Shown here: piece after piece, positions 52,836-62,739 of the stretch
Layout: each line of letters begins with the position of its first letter
How positions within the stretch are numbered: the stretch's first letter is position 1
Source: an uncultured delta proteobacterium
GTDB taxonomy: Bacteria; Desulfobacterota; Desulfobacteria; Desulfobacterales; UBA2156
NCBI GenBank assembly: GCA_963736855.1
Contig: CAVTQK010000009.1
Coordinates: 256,001 to 320,000 of the forward strand
DNA length: 64,000 bases
Direction: 5' to 3'
Notes under the pieces: generated by a model
Told to the model about the DNA's origin: nothing
What the model saw: only the letters and a program-made list of their open reading frames with translations
Database searches by the model: none
Program-made: the position numbers and the translations under genes

Positions 52836-54368
52836 TCAGAGGCGCTGTAAAAATGCGCTGCGCGTCATCCCAGCTCCCACGCTGTCGCTTAAAATCGTTT
52901 TGGCATGTTTGAGTTTTTCCAGATTTCGATTGATGGGAAACCGCTGGATCGTATCCGGCTGCAGAACCCCTCTTTGAAGGTCGTAAGGAAGACGCTGCAT
53001 GCAGACCACGGAGCAATTGCCGCGGGTATGGATGTTGGTTACCATTTTATTGGCGACAAAATCTGCCACGGTCTGTTTTAAATCGACCGGGCCGCCGTTG
53101 AACACCTGCTCAAGGGTCAAAGGGATGATGGCGAAATTGGCCTGATGTTCGATCAAAAGATCCATATCGGCGAGCGTGAGTCCATGAGGGCTAAGCAGGC
53201 TCGACAGGTGGCCCGGGGCGCTCCGGGTGGCATAGAGAAAGACCCCCTTTCCATCCATCTTCCCGAAAACGCCGTCGGCCTCCTCTGAAATATGGATGTA
53301 GTCTGCAAAGCATCCGTGGGTCCGGGTCAGAGTGTCCACGATCCCTTTTGTCGGCGGTCGAAATACGTATCCCATTCCTTCGTGAACGGCGATTGTGACG
53401 TGGAGGTCTGTGGAGAGAAATACAGAGGCCACACGCCGGTACTTCCCGGATTGGACATATGCCTTGGCGATCTCTTCGACGATATGAGATCTTTGATCCA
53501 GCGTCATAATATCAAAGGCAAAAAATGAGGTATAACGGTCATAAAAGTCTAGGGCATCTTTGAATCTTAAGAATTGTCCTTGATCGGCCGCCTCCGGATG
53601 CAGACGTTCCATCAGGGCATGCTGAACCCTGGCCGCTGTGGCCGGAAGGCGATGGACGAGCGTTCCCAAATGATTGTCCAAAATCAGGCCGTCCAGGGGC
53701 CGGTCTCCGACAAGAGGCAACAAATGCTCCGCGATCTCAATCACCGGATCTTTCCTTATGGTAAAATCGGAGATCTTCTTCGACTCGAACGTTCCCTGCG
53801 AATCCAGCGCGCCCCTGGTCTCCAGGGCCGTGGCCATGGCATCATCTCCGAAAATGATATGGGACGTATCATCCGGTCGAAATGCCTGGGCCCGGTGAAT
53901 GTTCTCGGCCCCAACGATCACGGTGATATCGCCCTGTGAAAGACGACCGCTCAAAGAGAGCATGAAAGCCAGTTCCACCGCCACGTTGTAGCCGGGACAA
54001 CCGGCATAAAGGTCAAAGACCAGAGCATCGGGACAGTCGCCTTTCAAGATTTCATACGGATACCGGATCAAGGGTCCACGGTCGTATTTATCTTCCCCCA
54101 CGTTTGTGGCGCCGATGACCACCTTGATCCTTTTCGGATCTACAAAGCCGTTTTCAAGCAGGTTTTTCAGGGCCGCCACCCCGATCCGCTCATCAGGATG
54201 AGCAGCCACCCGGGTGCGGACACCGATCCGATCCTCGATGGTCTGATTGTTGACGGGAATATTCCCCTTGAAAAACATGTTCTTGTTTTCAAATATGGAA
54301 TTGTCCACAACGGTCCCGCCGTTCCACTCACCCTGGGCAATCACCGTTAAAATCGTATCGCGTGCCAA
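52836..54368 (-). CDS. FabH/KAS III-like condensing enzyme with large internal insertion
   Basis: IEDRIGVRTR, FDLYAGC124PG, IFGD, MDGKGVF, EH408QAN, GN451CS and VGAGMT. Length 510 aa. Confidence 0.85.
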   Translation of the reverse strand: MARDTILTVIAQGEWNGGTVVDNSIFENKNMFFKGNIPVNNQTIEDRIGVRTRVAAHPDERIGVAALKNLLENGFVDPKRIKVVIGATNVGEDKYDRGPLIRYPYEILKGDCPDALVFDLYAGCPGYNVAVELAFMLSLSGRLSQGDITVIVGAENIHRAQAFRPDDTSHIIFGDDAMATALETRGALDSQGTFESKKISDFTIRKDPVIEIAEHLLPLVGDRPLDGLILDNHLGTLVHRLPATAARVQHALMERLHPEAADQGQFLRFKDALDFYDRYTSFFAFDIMTLDQRSHIVEEIAKAYVQSGKYRRVASVFLSTDLHVTIAVHEGMGYVFRPPTKGIVDTLTRTHGCFADYIHISEEADGVFGKMDGKGVFLYATRSAPGHLSSLLSPHGLTLADMDLLIEHQANFAIIPLTLEQVFNGGPVDLKQTVADFVANKMVTNIHTRGNCSVVCMQRLPYDLQRGVLQPDTIQRFPINRNLEKLKHAKTILSDSVGAGMTRSAFLQRL

Positions 54369-54410
54369 AAGGATCTCCTTTTCGGTAGTATTTACTCTTT
54401 TCTAAATCCG

Positions 54411-55724
54411 CTAAAGACGCCAGTAGCGCATCTTCTTCCGTTTGTCATCGGTGGGATTAAAACCGCCCTTGACATCCACAACCAAAGGCGTGGCGTTGGC
54501 ACACAGGCCGGCGATCTTTTCAATGCCCATCTGTCTATAATAAGTATGGATGACCGCCACAATAACCGCGTCCACACCGGATAAAGATTCCAGCTTTTCC
54601 AGCTGTATCCCAAGGTATGCCAGGGATTCCCGCGCATCCGCCAGAGGATCATGGATCCGCACCCGTACGCCGTAATCTTTAAGCTCATGAATAATGTCCA
54701 CCACCCGGGTATTGCGGATATCCGGGACATCTTCCTTGAAAGTGACCCCGAGTATCGCCACCGACGAGCCCCGGACCTGACGTCCCTCCTCGATGAGGAG
54801 TTTGACGGTGCGCTCGGCGATGTATTTTCCCATATTGTCGTTGATGCGACGTCCGGCAAGGATCATTTCCGGGTGATACCCCAAAGATTCGGCCTTGAAG
54901 GTCAGGTAATAGGGATCCACACCGATACAGTGTCCACCCACAAGGCCCGGTGTGAAGCGCAAGAAATTCCATTTGGTTCCTGATGCTTCCAGTACCTCTC
55001 GGGTATCGATGTGCATTCGGTCAAAAATCATGGACAGCTCATTCATCAGCGCAATATTTAAATCTCTTTGGGTGTTCTCAATGACCTTGGCCGCCTCCGC
55101 GACTTTGATGGAGGATACCGGATGAATCCCCGCAGTGACAACCTGTCCGTAGACCCGGGACAACAGATGGGTTGTTTCCGCGTTGCTTCCGGAGACGATC
55201 TTGACGATGCTTTCAAGCCGGTGCTGCCGATCCCCCGGATTGATCCGCTCCGGCGAATACCCCACCGTGAAATCGCGCCCCATCAAAAGGCCGGATTCCT
55301 TTTCCAAAATCGGGATGCAAACCTCTTCGGTTGCACCCGGATAGACCGTCGATTCGTACACCACGCAGCTTCCCTTGCTCAAGTGTCTTCCCACCGTTTG
55401 CGATGCGCTTTTCAGGGGGTTGAGATCCGGTATCCGGTATTGATCGATGGGGGTGGGCACCGCCACGATGAGGAATCGACAGGAATCGAGATCCTCGGGA
55501 TTGCTTGTGTACTGCAGCTTCACTTGAGCCAACTCCTCCCGGGTAACTTCTAGGGTCCGATCCAATCCGGACTGCAGCTCGGCGATGCGATCGACCTTTA
55601 AATCGTATCCCACTACATCGAAATGACGCGACATCGCCACGGCGAGCGGCAATCCGACATAGCCCAATCCGACTACGGCAAGACGGTCCTTGCGATGGAT
55701 CAAAGACTCATAAGTGACCAACAA
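54411..55724 (-). CDS. Nucleotide-sugar dehydrogenase (UDP-GlcNAc/GalNAc 6-dehydrogenase, TviB/WbpO-like)
   Basis: GLGYVGLP, VPTP, ESTVYPG, SPERINPG, KVIENTQRD, GGHCIGVDP and FKEDVPDIRN. Confidence 0.93.
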   Translation of the reverse strand: MLVTYESLIHRKDRLAVVGLGYVGLPLAVAMSRHFDVVGYDLKVDRIAELQSGLDRTLEVTREELAQVKLQYTSNPEDLDSCRFLIVAVPTPIDQYRIPDLNPLKSASQTVGRHLSKGSCVVYESTVYPGATEEVCIPILEKESGLLMGRDFTVGYSPERINPGDRQHRLESIVKIVSGSNAETTHLLSRVYGQVVTAGIHPVSSIKVAEAAKVIENTQRDLNIALMNELSMIFDRMHIDTREVLEASGTKWNFLRFTPGLVGGHCIGVDPYYLTFKAESLGYHPEMILAGRRINDNMGKYIAERTVKLLIEEGRQVRGSSVAILGVTFKEDVPDIRNTRVVDIIHELKDYGVRVRIHDPLADARESLAYLGIQLEKLESLSGVDAVIVAVIHTYYRQMGIEKIAGLCANATPLVVDVKGGFNPTDDKRKKMRYWRL

Positions 55725-55733
55725 ACACCTCCG

Positions 55734-56567
55734 TCAATTCGATTGAGTATTCCTATTCAAAGCCGTCGGCTTGTTGCGCCGCGGTTTCCTTTGATCTCGC
55801 CGTTTTTCATCCAACGACGGCCCATGCCCAAAGGCGGTTTTGGAGTGTGCCCGGACCTTGGACAGCCGGATCGGTTCCTTCAAGCGCCGGATCTCCCGAG
55901 GCGTCAGGAAGCGCCATTTCCCCTCGGGAAGGCCTCCCAGGCCTATGCCGGCAAACCGGATCCGTTTGAGATTCCTCACTCGGGTTCCCAGTTTCTCGAC
56001 CATTCGTCGGATCTGCCGATTTTTCCCTTCCTTGAGCACGATGCGAAAGCATGAAGGCGAAATCCGTTTGACGCGTGCCGGCCGGGTAATCTCCCCCATT
56101 AGAGGCATGCCGGATTCCATCCTGGAAAGCGCATCGTTATCCACATCTAAAGACGTGGTCACTTCGTATTCTTTTTCATGATCAAAAGACGGATGTAATA
56201 ATCGATGGTGAAGGCTCCCGTCGTTGGTTAAAATCAGGAGTCCCGTGGAATCCTTGTCGAGACGCCCCACCGGAAAAAGACGTGTTTCAAGTTCCACCAG
56301 GTCAAGGACGAGCCGCTCCCCCCGCTGCCTACAACTGCTGACCACCCCTTTGGGTTTGTTTAACGCGATATACACCCGGGAACCTACAATATCCACAGGT
56401 TTTCCGTCCACTTTCACCCGATCTTTTGACGGATCCACCGGGATACCCATCACCGTAACTGTCTTTCCATTGACCGCCACCCGACCGTTCCGGATCAGGG
56501 CCTCTCCTGTCCGCCTGGAGCATACCCCGGCTTTGGATAAAAACTTCTGAAGGCGCATCAAGGGCAT
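55734..56567 (-). CDS. rRNA pseudouridine synthase, RsuA/RluB family
   Basis: S4 domain RLQKFLSKAGVCSRR, NKPKG, VGRLDKDSTGL and EGKNRQIRRM. Confidence 0.95.
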   Translation of the reverse strand: MPLMRLQKFLSKAGVCSRRTGEALIRNGRVAVNGKTVTVMGIPVDPSKDRVKVDGKPVDIVGSRVYIALNKPKGVVSSCRQRGERLVLDLVELETRLFPVGRLDKDSTGLLILTNDGSLHHRLLHPSFDHEKEYEVTTSLDVDNDALSRMESGMPLMGEITRPARVKRISPSCFRIVLKEGKNRQIRRMVEKLGTRVRNLKRIRFAGIGLGGLPEGKWRFLTPREIRRLKEPIRLSKVRAHSKTAFGHGPSLDEKRRDQRKPRRNKPTALNRNTQSN

Positions 56568-56623
56568 TTTGAATTTTTCTCTTTGAAATTAAATAATCAA
56601 GAAGATTCCGGGGCGATGACAGG

Positions 56624-57808
56624 CTAACTCCGGTAATGAGCGTTGATCTTCACGTAGTCGATGGAAAAATCGCAAGTCAACATGGAGGCGGTGCCGGATC
56701 CGACCCCCAGCTTGATCTTCAGGCAAAATTCCGGTTTTTGCAAAATCCGCGTCGCCTCGGCCTCGGCAGCCTTTCCGCATCCGGCGCCGCCTTGCACCAA
56801 AAGGATATCATCAAAAGAAACATCGATCGTTTCCGGCTCTATCGGTACTCCGGACCTTCCGACAGCAGCCAGTATCCGGCCCCAGTTGGCATCTTCTCCG
56901 AACAGGGCGGTTTTGATCAGACTCGATGTGGCAACCGTTTCTGCGACCCGGCGTGCCGCTTCGGGTGACGATGCGCCCTCTACCACAATTTCCACCAGTT
57001 TTGTGGCTCCTTCCCCGTCCTTGACAATGATCCGGGCAAGGGTCATCAGGACATCCTCTAAAATATGACCAAAAGCGTTAAGGGATGCTGGGTCGGTGAC
57101 GACGGCACCGGATACGCCGTTGGCGAAAAGCAAGACCGTGTCATTGGTGCTCATATCGCCGTCGATGCTGATCCGATTCAAAGACCCCTCCACCGACCTC
57201 GCCAGCGCCCTGTTTAAATGATCCGGCGTCGCCTGCAAGTCGGTGCACACAAAGCACAGCAGCGTAGCCATGTGCGGGTGGATCATCCCGGCCCCCTTTG
57301 CAATTCCTGTGACCGTGTATTCAGCCCTCCCCAACATGCCTTTTCTGGAGACCACTTTCGGTACCGTATCCGTGGTGAGAATCGCTTCGGCGAAATCCAT
57401 CAAGCCCTCGGATTTTAATCCCTTAACCAGTTCCGGTATTGCCGCTTCAATCCTTTGAATCGGAAGCGGTTCTCCGATGACACCCGTGGAAGCCACCAGG
57501 ACCTGTTCCTCATCAACCCCTAATATCAAAGCGGCAAAACGGGCCATCGCCTCGGCGTCTTCGAGCCCCTTTTTACCGGTACAGCAATTGGCATTTCCAC
57601 TGTTGACGATAACAGAGCGGCATCGTCCGGACCGGATCCGCCGCCGATCCAATAAAACCGGTGCGGCTTGTACCCTGTTGGTGGTGAACACCCCGGCGAC
57701 ATAGGCGGGCACGTCGGTGTACAGCAGACCGAGATCCTTTTTCCCCACACCTTTGATTCCGGCACATATACCCGATGCGCGAAAACCTTTGGGCAGCATC
57801 TGTTCCAT
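56624..57808 (-). CDS. argJ: Bifunctional ornithine acetyltransferase/N-acetylglutamate synthase
   Basis: NSGNANCCTG, STGVIG, TTDT, KGAGMIHPHMAT, DGDMSTND, KDGEGAT, DANWGR and YRS. Confidence 0.97.
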   Translation of the reverse strand: MEQMLPKGFRASGICAGIKGVGKKDLGLLYTDVPAYVAGVFTTNRVQAAPVLLDRRRIRSGRCRSVIVNSGNANCCTGKKGLEDAEAMARFAALILGVDEEQVLVASTGVIGEPLPIQRIEAAIPELVKGLKSEGLMDFAEAILTTDTVPKVVSRKGMLGRAEYTVTGIAKGAGMIHPHMATLLCFVCTDLQATPDHLNRALARSVEGSLNRISIDGDMSTNDTVLLFANGVSGAVVTDPASLNAFGHILEDVLMTLARIIVKDGEGATKLVEIVVEGASSPEAARRVAETVATSSLIKTALFGEDANWGRILAAVGRSGVPIEPETIDVSFDDILLVQGGAGCGKAAEAEATRILQKPEFCLKIKLGVGSGTASMLTCDFSIDYVKINAHYRS

Positions 57809-57978
57809 ATTCTTCCCTTTTTTGATATACTTTATCAAAAAAGCCGATATTGTCAAATATGGTCGGGCTCAAAGGGCGGCTCGCCCGAAATCACTAAAAA
57901 GAAGCTTGATTTCAAACCATAAATCGCTCAGGATGAGGCGACGATCAAAACGATCGAAACGCGTGCGAGGAAAAGAGA

Positions 57979-58161
57979 ATGGAGAATCCCGGAGCAAAAT
58001 GCCCTTCATGCGATAAGGAAATGCTGCTCCAGAAAACGTGAAGGCGGGTATTTTTTCTTTGCAGGTCCTGCAATCAGATTTATCCTATCGATATGTTTAT
58101 CCATTCCTTGGACGATGCCCTGGAATACGATTTAGGCAACATCCGGTGCGACCGTCTTTAG
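57979..58161 (+). CDS. Dual-CXXC motif small (seleno)protein, UGA at codon 21 (60 aa)
   Basis: RBS GAGG. Reads MENPGAKCPSCDKEMLLQKT-U(58039-58041)-RRVFFLCRSCNQIYPIDMFIHSLDDALEYDLGNIRCDRL*. Hairpin TTGCA-GGTCC-TGCAA at 58059-58073. Confidence 0.85.
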
Positions 58162-58230
58162 CGCTGGGCGTTACAGGCCCTTTCTTTAGAAGCAACCTGG
58201 GACATTAACCCTATCAATCGTTCATCGAAG

Positions 58231-58968
58231 ATGCCGAACTTCAAGCTTTTCATTGAGTATGACGGCACTGCCTACCATGGATGGCAACGACAAAAAGCGC
58301 GCCCTACCGTCCAGGGCGAGATCGAAAAAGTCGTCCAGATCATGGCCGGCAAGGCGGTCACCGTCATCGGCTCCGGAAGAACCGACGCCGGTGTCCATGC
58401 ACTGGGCCAGGTAGCCCATTTTCATTGCGAAACGCGCCTTTCTCCGGAAACACTTCTCTCCGGGCTCAACAGCCTGCTCCCCAAAGACATCGTCATCCAT
58501 CGGATCGTCAAGACCAAAAGGGACTTCCACGCCCGTTACAACGCCAGAACCAAGACCTATCAATATCGCATTCTGAACCGACCGATCCGTAAAGCCGTCG
58601 GTCGCTTTTATACCTGGCATGTTCGAAAGCCCCTGGATCTTCCCGCCATGCGTTCGGCCGCCGGATATCTTACGGGAACCCACGATTTTAAATCGTTTGA
58701 AGGCGCTGGAAGCCCCCGCTCTCATACCCTGCGGACGGTGACAAAAGCAGCTCTGTCCAAATCAGCCGGCGGAATCATCCTGTTTGAGATCCAGGCCGAC
58801 GGGTTTCTCAAAGCCATGGTCCGAAACATCGTGGGAACCCTGATCTATGTGGGCCTCGGAAAAATCCGCCCGGAAGAAATGGAAGAGATCCTTCGTTTGA
58901 AGGACCGTCGGAAGGCCGGACCCACCGCCCCTTCCTCCGGCTTGTTCCTGAAGAAAGTTACTTATTGA
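58231..58968 (+). CDS. truA: tRNA pseudouridine(38-40) synthase
   Basis: YDGTAYHGWQ, GSGRTDAGVHA, FHAR, GTHDF, FLKAMVR and TAPSSGL. Confidence 0.97.
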   Translation: MPNFKLFIEYDGTAYHGWQRQKARPTVQGEIEKVVQIMAGKAVTVIGSGRTDAGVHALGQVAHFHCETRLSPETLLSGLNSLLPKDIVIHRIVKTKRDFHARYNARTKTYQYRILNRPIRKAVGRFYTWHVRKPLDLPAMRSAAGYLTGTHDFKSFEGAGSPRSHTLRTVTKAALSKSAGGIILFEIQADGFLKAMVRNIVGTLIYVGLGKIRPEEMEEILRLKDRRKAGPTAPSSGLFLKKVTY

Positions 58969-60778
58969 CCGCCGACCGGCCTTTCATTTCCTTAATGCGT
59001 TCATTATAAAATGCGATGACATCCCGCCGGTTCAACATGCCGATCAACTTGTGGGGATCGTCTTCTTCCACCACCGGCAGGCTGTCGATATTCTTTTGGG
59101 TGAACTTTTGAAGGACGGAATTCAGATCATCGGAGACGGTTGTTGAGATGATGTCTGAAGTACCGATATCTCCCATCACCACCAAATCCTCGATCTCCTG
59201 GGAGAACAGAACACTCCGTATATCGTTGCTGGAAAAGATTTCAATGAATCGCCCTCTATGATCCGTCACCGGGAAATAGTGCTGTTGAGTGGTTGAAAAA
59301 AAGCGCTTGAATTCGGAAAAAGGCATGCTTTCCGGGACCACCTGAACCTTCTTGACCCGTTGTATAAGATCCTTGACCCGGAATGCTTGAAGGATATCGA
59401 CAAAAAAATCCCCCCTATGCGCGGGCGAGTCGATGCGGCTTTTGACCTGTTTTTCATAAATGGTCCAGCGTTTAGAAACCAGGTATGCGACCGAGCAGAC
59501 CAGCAGACTGGGTAGAAGAAGATGGTAGGAGTTGGTCATTTCACTGACCATGATGATTGTGGAAATGGGGGTATTGGAAACCGAAGTGAAGAAACCGGCC
59601 ATCCCCACCACTACGAACGCACCGGGTTCCGTAACGACGCCCGGCATGATCCCATGGAACAGCCTCCCCACAACACCCCCCATCGCTCCGCCGATGACGA
59701 TGGAAGGCCCGAAGACTCCGCCGCTTCCTCCGGACCCGATGGAAAAAGATGTGGTGAAGATCTTACCGATTGCCAATGCCAGAAGAAACAGCAACGGCAA
59801 TTCATTGTTGAGTGCCTGCTGAGCGAATCCATATCCGAAGGACAGGGTCTGGGGAAGAAAATAACCGATGACGCCTGTACAAAGACCCCCGATGGCCGGT
59901 TTAAAGTGTTTGGGAAGGGGAAGTTTCTTAAAAGATCGGGTGATGCCGTAAAAGGATTTGACATACAATGCACCCATGGCCGACAAAACAAAAGCGAGCA
60001 CCAAATAGGGACCGAGTTCCAGGGGATTTTGAAACATGAAATAGGGAGACTCAAAGAGCGTTCCCCATCCAAAAACCAGGCAGAAGAGGCAATACGCGAC
60101 AACGGACGCGATACCCGATGGAATGATCACCTCGTATTCGAATTCCGGATCCCGATAAAGCACTTCAGCGGCGAAAAGTGCACCGGCAAGGGGGGCCCTG
60201 AAAATACTACCAACGCCGGCACCGATCCCGGCGGCCATCATTATTCGGCGCTCCCGTTCTGAAACCTTTAAAATCGTGCCTAAGAAAGAGCCGAAGCCGG
60301 CGCCGATTTGGGCGATGGGTCCTTCCCTTCCGCCGGATCCGCCGCTGGTCAGCGTAATGGCCGATGCAATGGTCTTGATGATGGGAACGCGTCCCCGGAT
60401 GTATCCGGCCTTATTATGGTATGCGTCTATGGCGGCATCGGTCCCATGCCCCTCCGCTTCAGGAGCAAAGGTATAAACCAGGATTCCGCTCAGGATTCCT
60501 CCCAGTGCCGGCACCAGCAATAAGATGTATCGATTGAAAAAACTGTTGGTGGGCAAAAAGAGAGAGTGTTCCCCTGCAGGAGCCGGCGGCCGATACCCGG
60601 CCATTAAATCCAGGAAAACGTGGGTGCCGATCTGGCAGAGAAAGTGAAAGGTGATAGCACCCAGGCCCGCGATGATCCCGATCAGGACGTAGTACGCTGT
60701 CCACTTCCCGGCTCGGGTGATGTCCAGGGAACGCGCCTTACTGAAGCTGAGTTTCAAAGTGTTTAAGCTGTCTATCAA
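58958..60778 (-). CDS. ClC family chloride channel/antiporter with CBS pair
   Basis: GHGTD, GGSGGREGP, FRAPLAG and GGSGGVFGP, plus two C-terminal CBS domains. Confidence 0.94.
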   Translation of the reverse strand: MIDSLNTLKLSFSKARSLDITRAGKWTAYYVLIGIIAGLGAITFHFLCQIGTHVFLDLMAGYRPPAPAGEHSLFLPTNSFFNRYILLLVPALGGILSGILVYTFAPEAEGHGTDAAIDAYHNKAGYIRGRVPIIKTIASAITLTSGGSGGREGPIAQIGAGFGSFLGTILKVSERERRIMMAAGIGAGVGSIFRAPLAGALFAAEVLYRDPEFEYEVIIPSGIASVVAYCLFCLVFGWGTLFESPYFMFQNPLELGPYLVLAFVLSAMGALYVKSFYGITRSFKKLPLPKHFKPAIGGLCTGVIGYFLPQTLSFGYGFAQQALNNELPLLFLLALAIGKIFTTSFSIGSGGSGGVFGPSIVIGGAMGGVVGRLFHGIMPGVVTEPGAFVVVGMAGFFTSVSNTPISTIIMVSEMTNSYHLLLPSLLVCSVAYLVSKRWTIYEKQVKSRIDSPAHRGDFFVDILQAFRVKDLIQRVKKVQVVPESMPFSEFKRFFSTTQQHYFPVTDHRGRFIEIFSSNDIRSVLFSQEIEDLVVMGDIGTSDIISTTVSDDLNSVLQKFTQKNIDSLPVVEEDDPHKLIGMLNRRDVIAFYNERIKEMKGRSAVNK

Positions 60779-60792
60779 AACCGCCGCCGGGT

Positions 60793-62103
60793 CTATCCCG
60801 AAGTCAGATCCCGGACGCCGGAAAGAATTAAATCGAAAAGACCGGGAATTTCATTTTCCTCCAGGCAGGAAAAGGCCACCCGAAGATCCGTATTACCGAT
60901 GGAGATCAGGCCGACACCATATTTTTCCAAAAGGTAAACCCGAAGCTTCTCCGCATCCACGGATTTGAGCCGAAGGCACATGAAATATCCGGAATTGAAA
61001 GGATAAACATCCCAGGCGTCTTGATACCGTTCGGCCTTTAGTACCTCCCGCACGCGTTGAGCCCTTTGTTTCAGGATTTCATACTTTTCATTTTTTTCCC
61101 GGGCATATCGTTCATCGGCCATGGATTTCAAGATGAGGGTTTGGCTCAAGTGGGATGCATTGGAAATCGTTCCCCGGATACATCCCGCGGTTTTTTTCTC
61201 CAGTGCCTCGTACACCTGATCGATATTCCCATCGGCCCAGCATCCGTAAGTAATAAAGCCGACGCGAAGCCCCCAAACGAAATTTTCCTTGGTGGCGCCG
61301 TCGAGTTTCACCGCCAAGAGCCTGGGATGGCTTTGGCTAAGTTTCGCAAAAAGGGATTCCGTGAGCACGGCATTGTCATAGAACAGGCCGAAATACGCAT
61401 CGTCGAAAGCCGCGATGACCCGTGTCTCCTCCCGGGCCAAGCGCGTCAGAACATCGACGATCGCCTCTCCTTCCGCCCGGGTAGGGGAATAGCCCGTTGG
61501 GTTGTTCGGAAAGTTGAGGATTGTGATTACTTTTCCGGATTTCGCCTCCTGCCGGAGCGCTTCTTCAAAGGCTTTGAGGTTGAATCCCCCTCGCTCGGAA
61601 AAAAAGGGGAATTGAACGATTTTCGCCCCTTTTTTGACGTTCAGGATCATGGTGTAGTTACCCCATATTTTGTCCGGCAAAACCACAGTATCCTCCGGAT
61701 CCACCCACATGTCCGCAAATGTACTGACAGCATGAGTCACACCACAGGTCACGACAGGAAGGCTGATCCTTTTGCCGGCAAGGGACGGGTTTTTTGAATA
61801 AAGCTCCGTCTGCCATGCTTTTCTCAGTGCAGGAATTCCAAAGGAAGGCGCATAGGTCAGGGATTCCTCGGGAGAAATGTCCTTCACCCGATCCATGAGG
61901 GACCGAAAATGCATGGTCTTATGATCTTCCATGGCGATTCCGATGGTGGCGTTGGTCTTAAATGCCTTTTCCTTAGCCTCAGCGCTTTGAGTCAGTATCC
62001 CCTTGGGAAAGAAAAGGCGCTTCCCCATATGGGACAACATCTCGAAAAGATGAGGGTTTCCTTGTGATAAATTTTCGTTGAGCTCATGGGCTAAGGGGTT
62101 CAT
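60793..62103 (-). CDS. PLP-dependent aminotransferase class I/II
   Basis: NATIG, NFPNNPTGY, DDAYFG, DGATKE (PLP Lys) and GLRVG. Confidence 0.92.
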   Translation of the reverse strand: MNPLAHELNENLSQGNPHLFEMLSHMGKRLFFPKGILTQSAEAKEKAFKTNATIGIAMEDHKTMHFRSLMDRVKDISPEESLTYAPSFGIPALRKAWQTELYSKNPSLAGKRISLPVVTCGVTHAVSTFADMWVDPEDTVVLPDKIWGNYTMILNVKKGAKIVQFPFFSERGGFNLKAFEEALRQEAKSGKVITILNFPNNPTGYSPTRAEGEAIVDVLTRLAREETRVIAAFDDAYFGLFYDNAVLTESLFAKLSQSHPRLLAVKLDGATKENFVWGLRVGFITYGCWADGNIDQVYEALEKKTAGCIRGTISNASHLSQTLILKSMADERYAREKNEKYEILKQRAQRVREVLKAERYQDAWDVYPFNSGYFMCLRLKSVDAEKLRVYLLEKYGVGLISIGNTDLRVAFSCLEENEIPGLFDLILSGVRDLTSG

Positions 62104-62223
62104 CGATTTCTCCTGGTTATGTTTTTGCAGTTTTCGGACTCAATGAAGTATCCCGATTCAATTGGGCAGTCTTATAGTTTGATAAAAGAGAAAGTCAAGG
62201 AAAAACGGGAGGTAAGACGTATG

Positions 62224-62255
62224 AAAAAACCCCGCCTGAAAACCAGGCGGGGTTT
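62224..62255 (-). terminator. Intrinsic terminator of the PxxKW gene
   Basis: Stem CCCCGCCTG/CAGGCGGGG with a T6 tail on the minus strand. Confidence 0.85.
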
Positions 62256-62275
62256 ACCTTAAGATCGTAAAAAGG

Positions 62276-62566
62276 CTACTTTGCTGCGCGTTTGGATGCT
62301 TTGAGCGGATTCACCTTGATCTTGGACTCCGGCGCGGCAGCCTTCACCACGTGGCTGGCCAGGTTGCAATTTCCGGTTTTCCATTTCTGGGAAGGATCCG
62401 GATATGCCGTGCAATACCATCTGGAGGAAAATCCGATCTTGCGGTTGCACCCCTCACATTTCTCCACGATCTCATGGCAAATCCCGCCATTGAAAGAACA
62501 CCCTTTCTTGCTCATAAACGGGCAGTCCTTTCCGTTTCGAACCGTTAAACAAACCAACTGAATCAC
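62276..62566 (-). CDS. PxxKW-family cysteine-rich protein
   Basis: Nine Cys, YPDPSQKW, CNLASH and C-terminal VNPLKASKR. Confidence 0.85.
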   Translation of the reverse strand: MIQLVCLTVRNGKDCPFMSKKGCSFNGGICHEIVEKCEGCNRKIGFSSRWYCTAYPDPSQKWKTGNCNLASHVVKAAAPESKIKVNPLKASKRAAK

Positions 62567-62657
62567 CCCCTTTCCTCTTTACTATTGATGAAAAACCCAC
62601 AATAAAAAACCGGGCGGTACTGATCCCGGCATATAACCCTTTTTTATTAAAGAGATT

Positions 62658-62686
62658 AATATAATTTCTTATCTTGCGCATGTCAA
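62658..62686 (-). promoter_or_regulatory. Putative sigma70 promoter of the PxxKW gene
   Basis: The minus strand reads TTGACA-N17-TATATT. Confidence 0.55.
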
Positions 62687-62739
62687 GGCATTTTTCATGA
62701 TTGGCGAATTGTGATGAAATCGTAAATACTCAAAATTAG

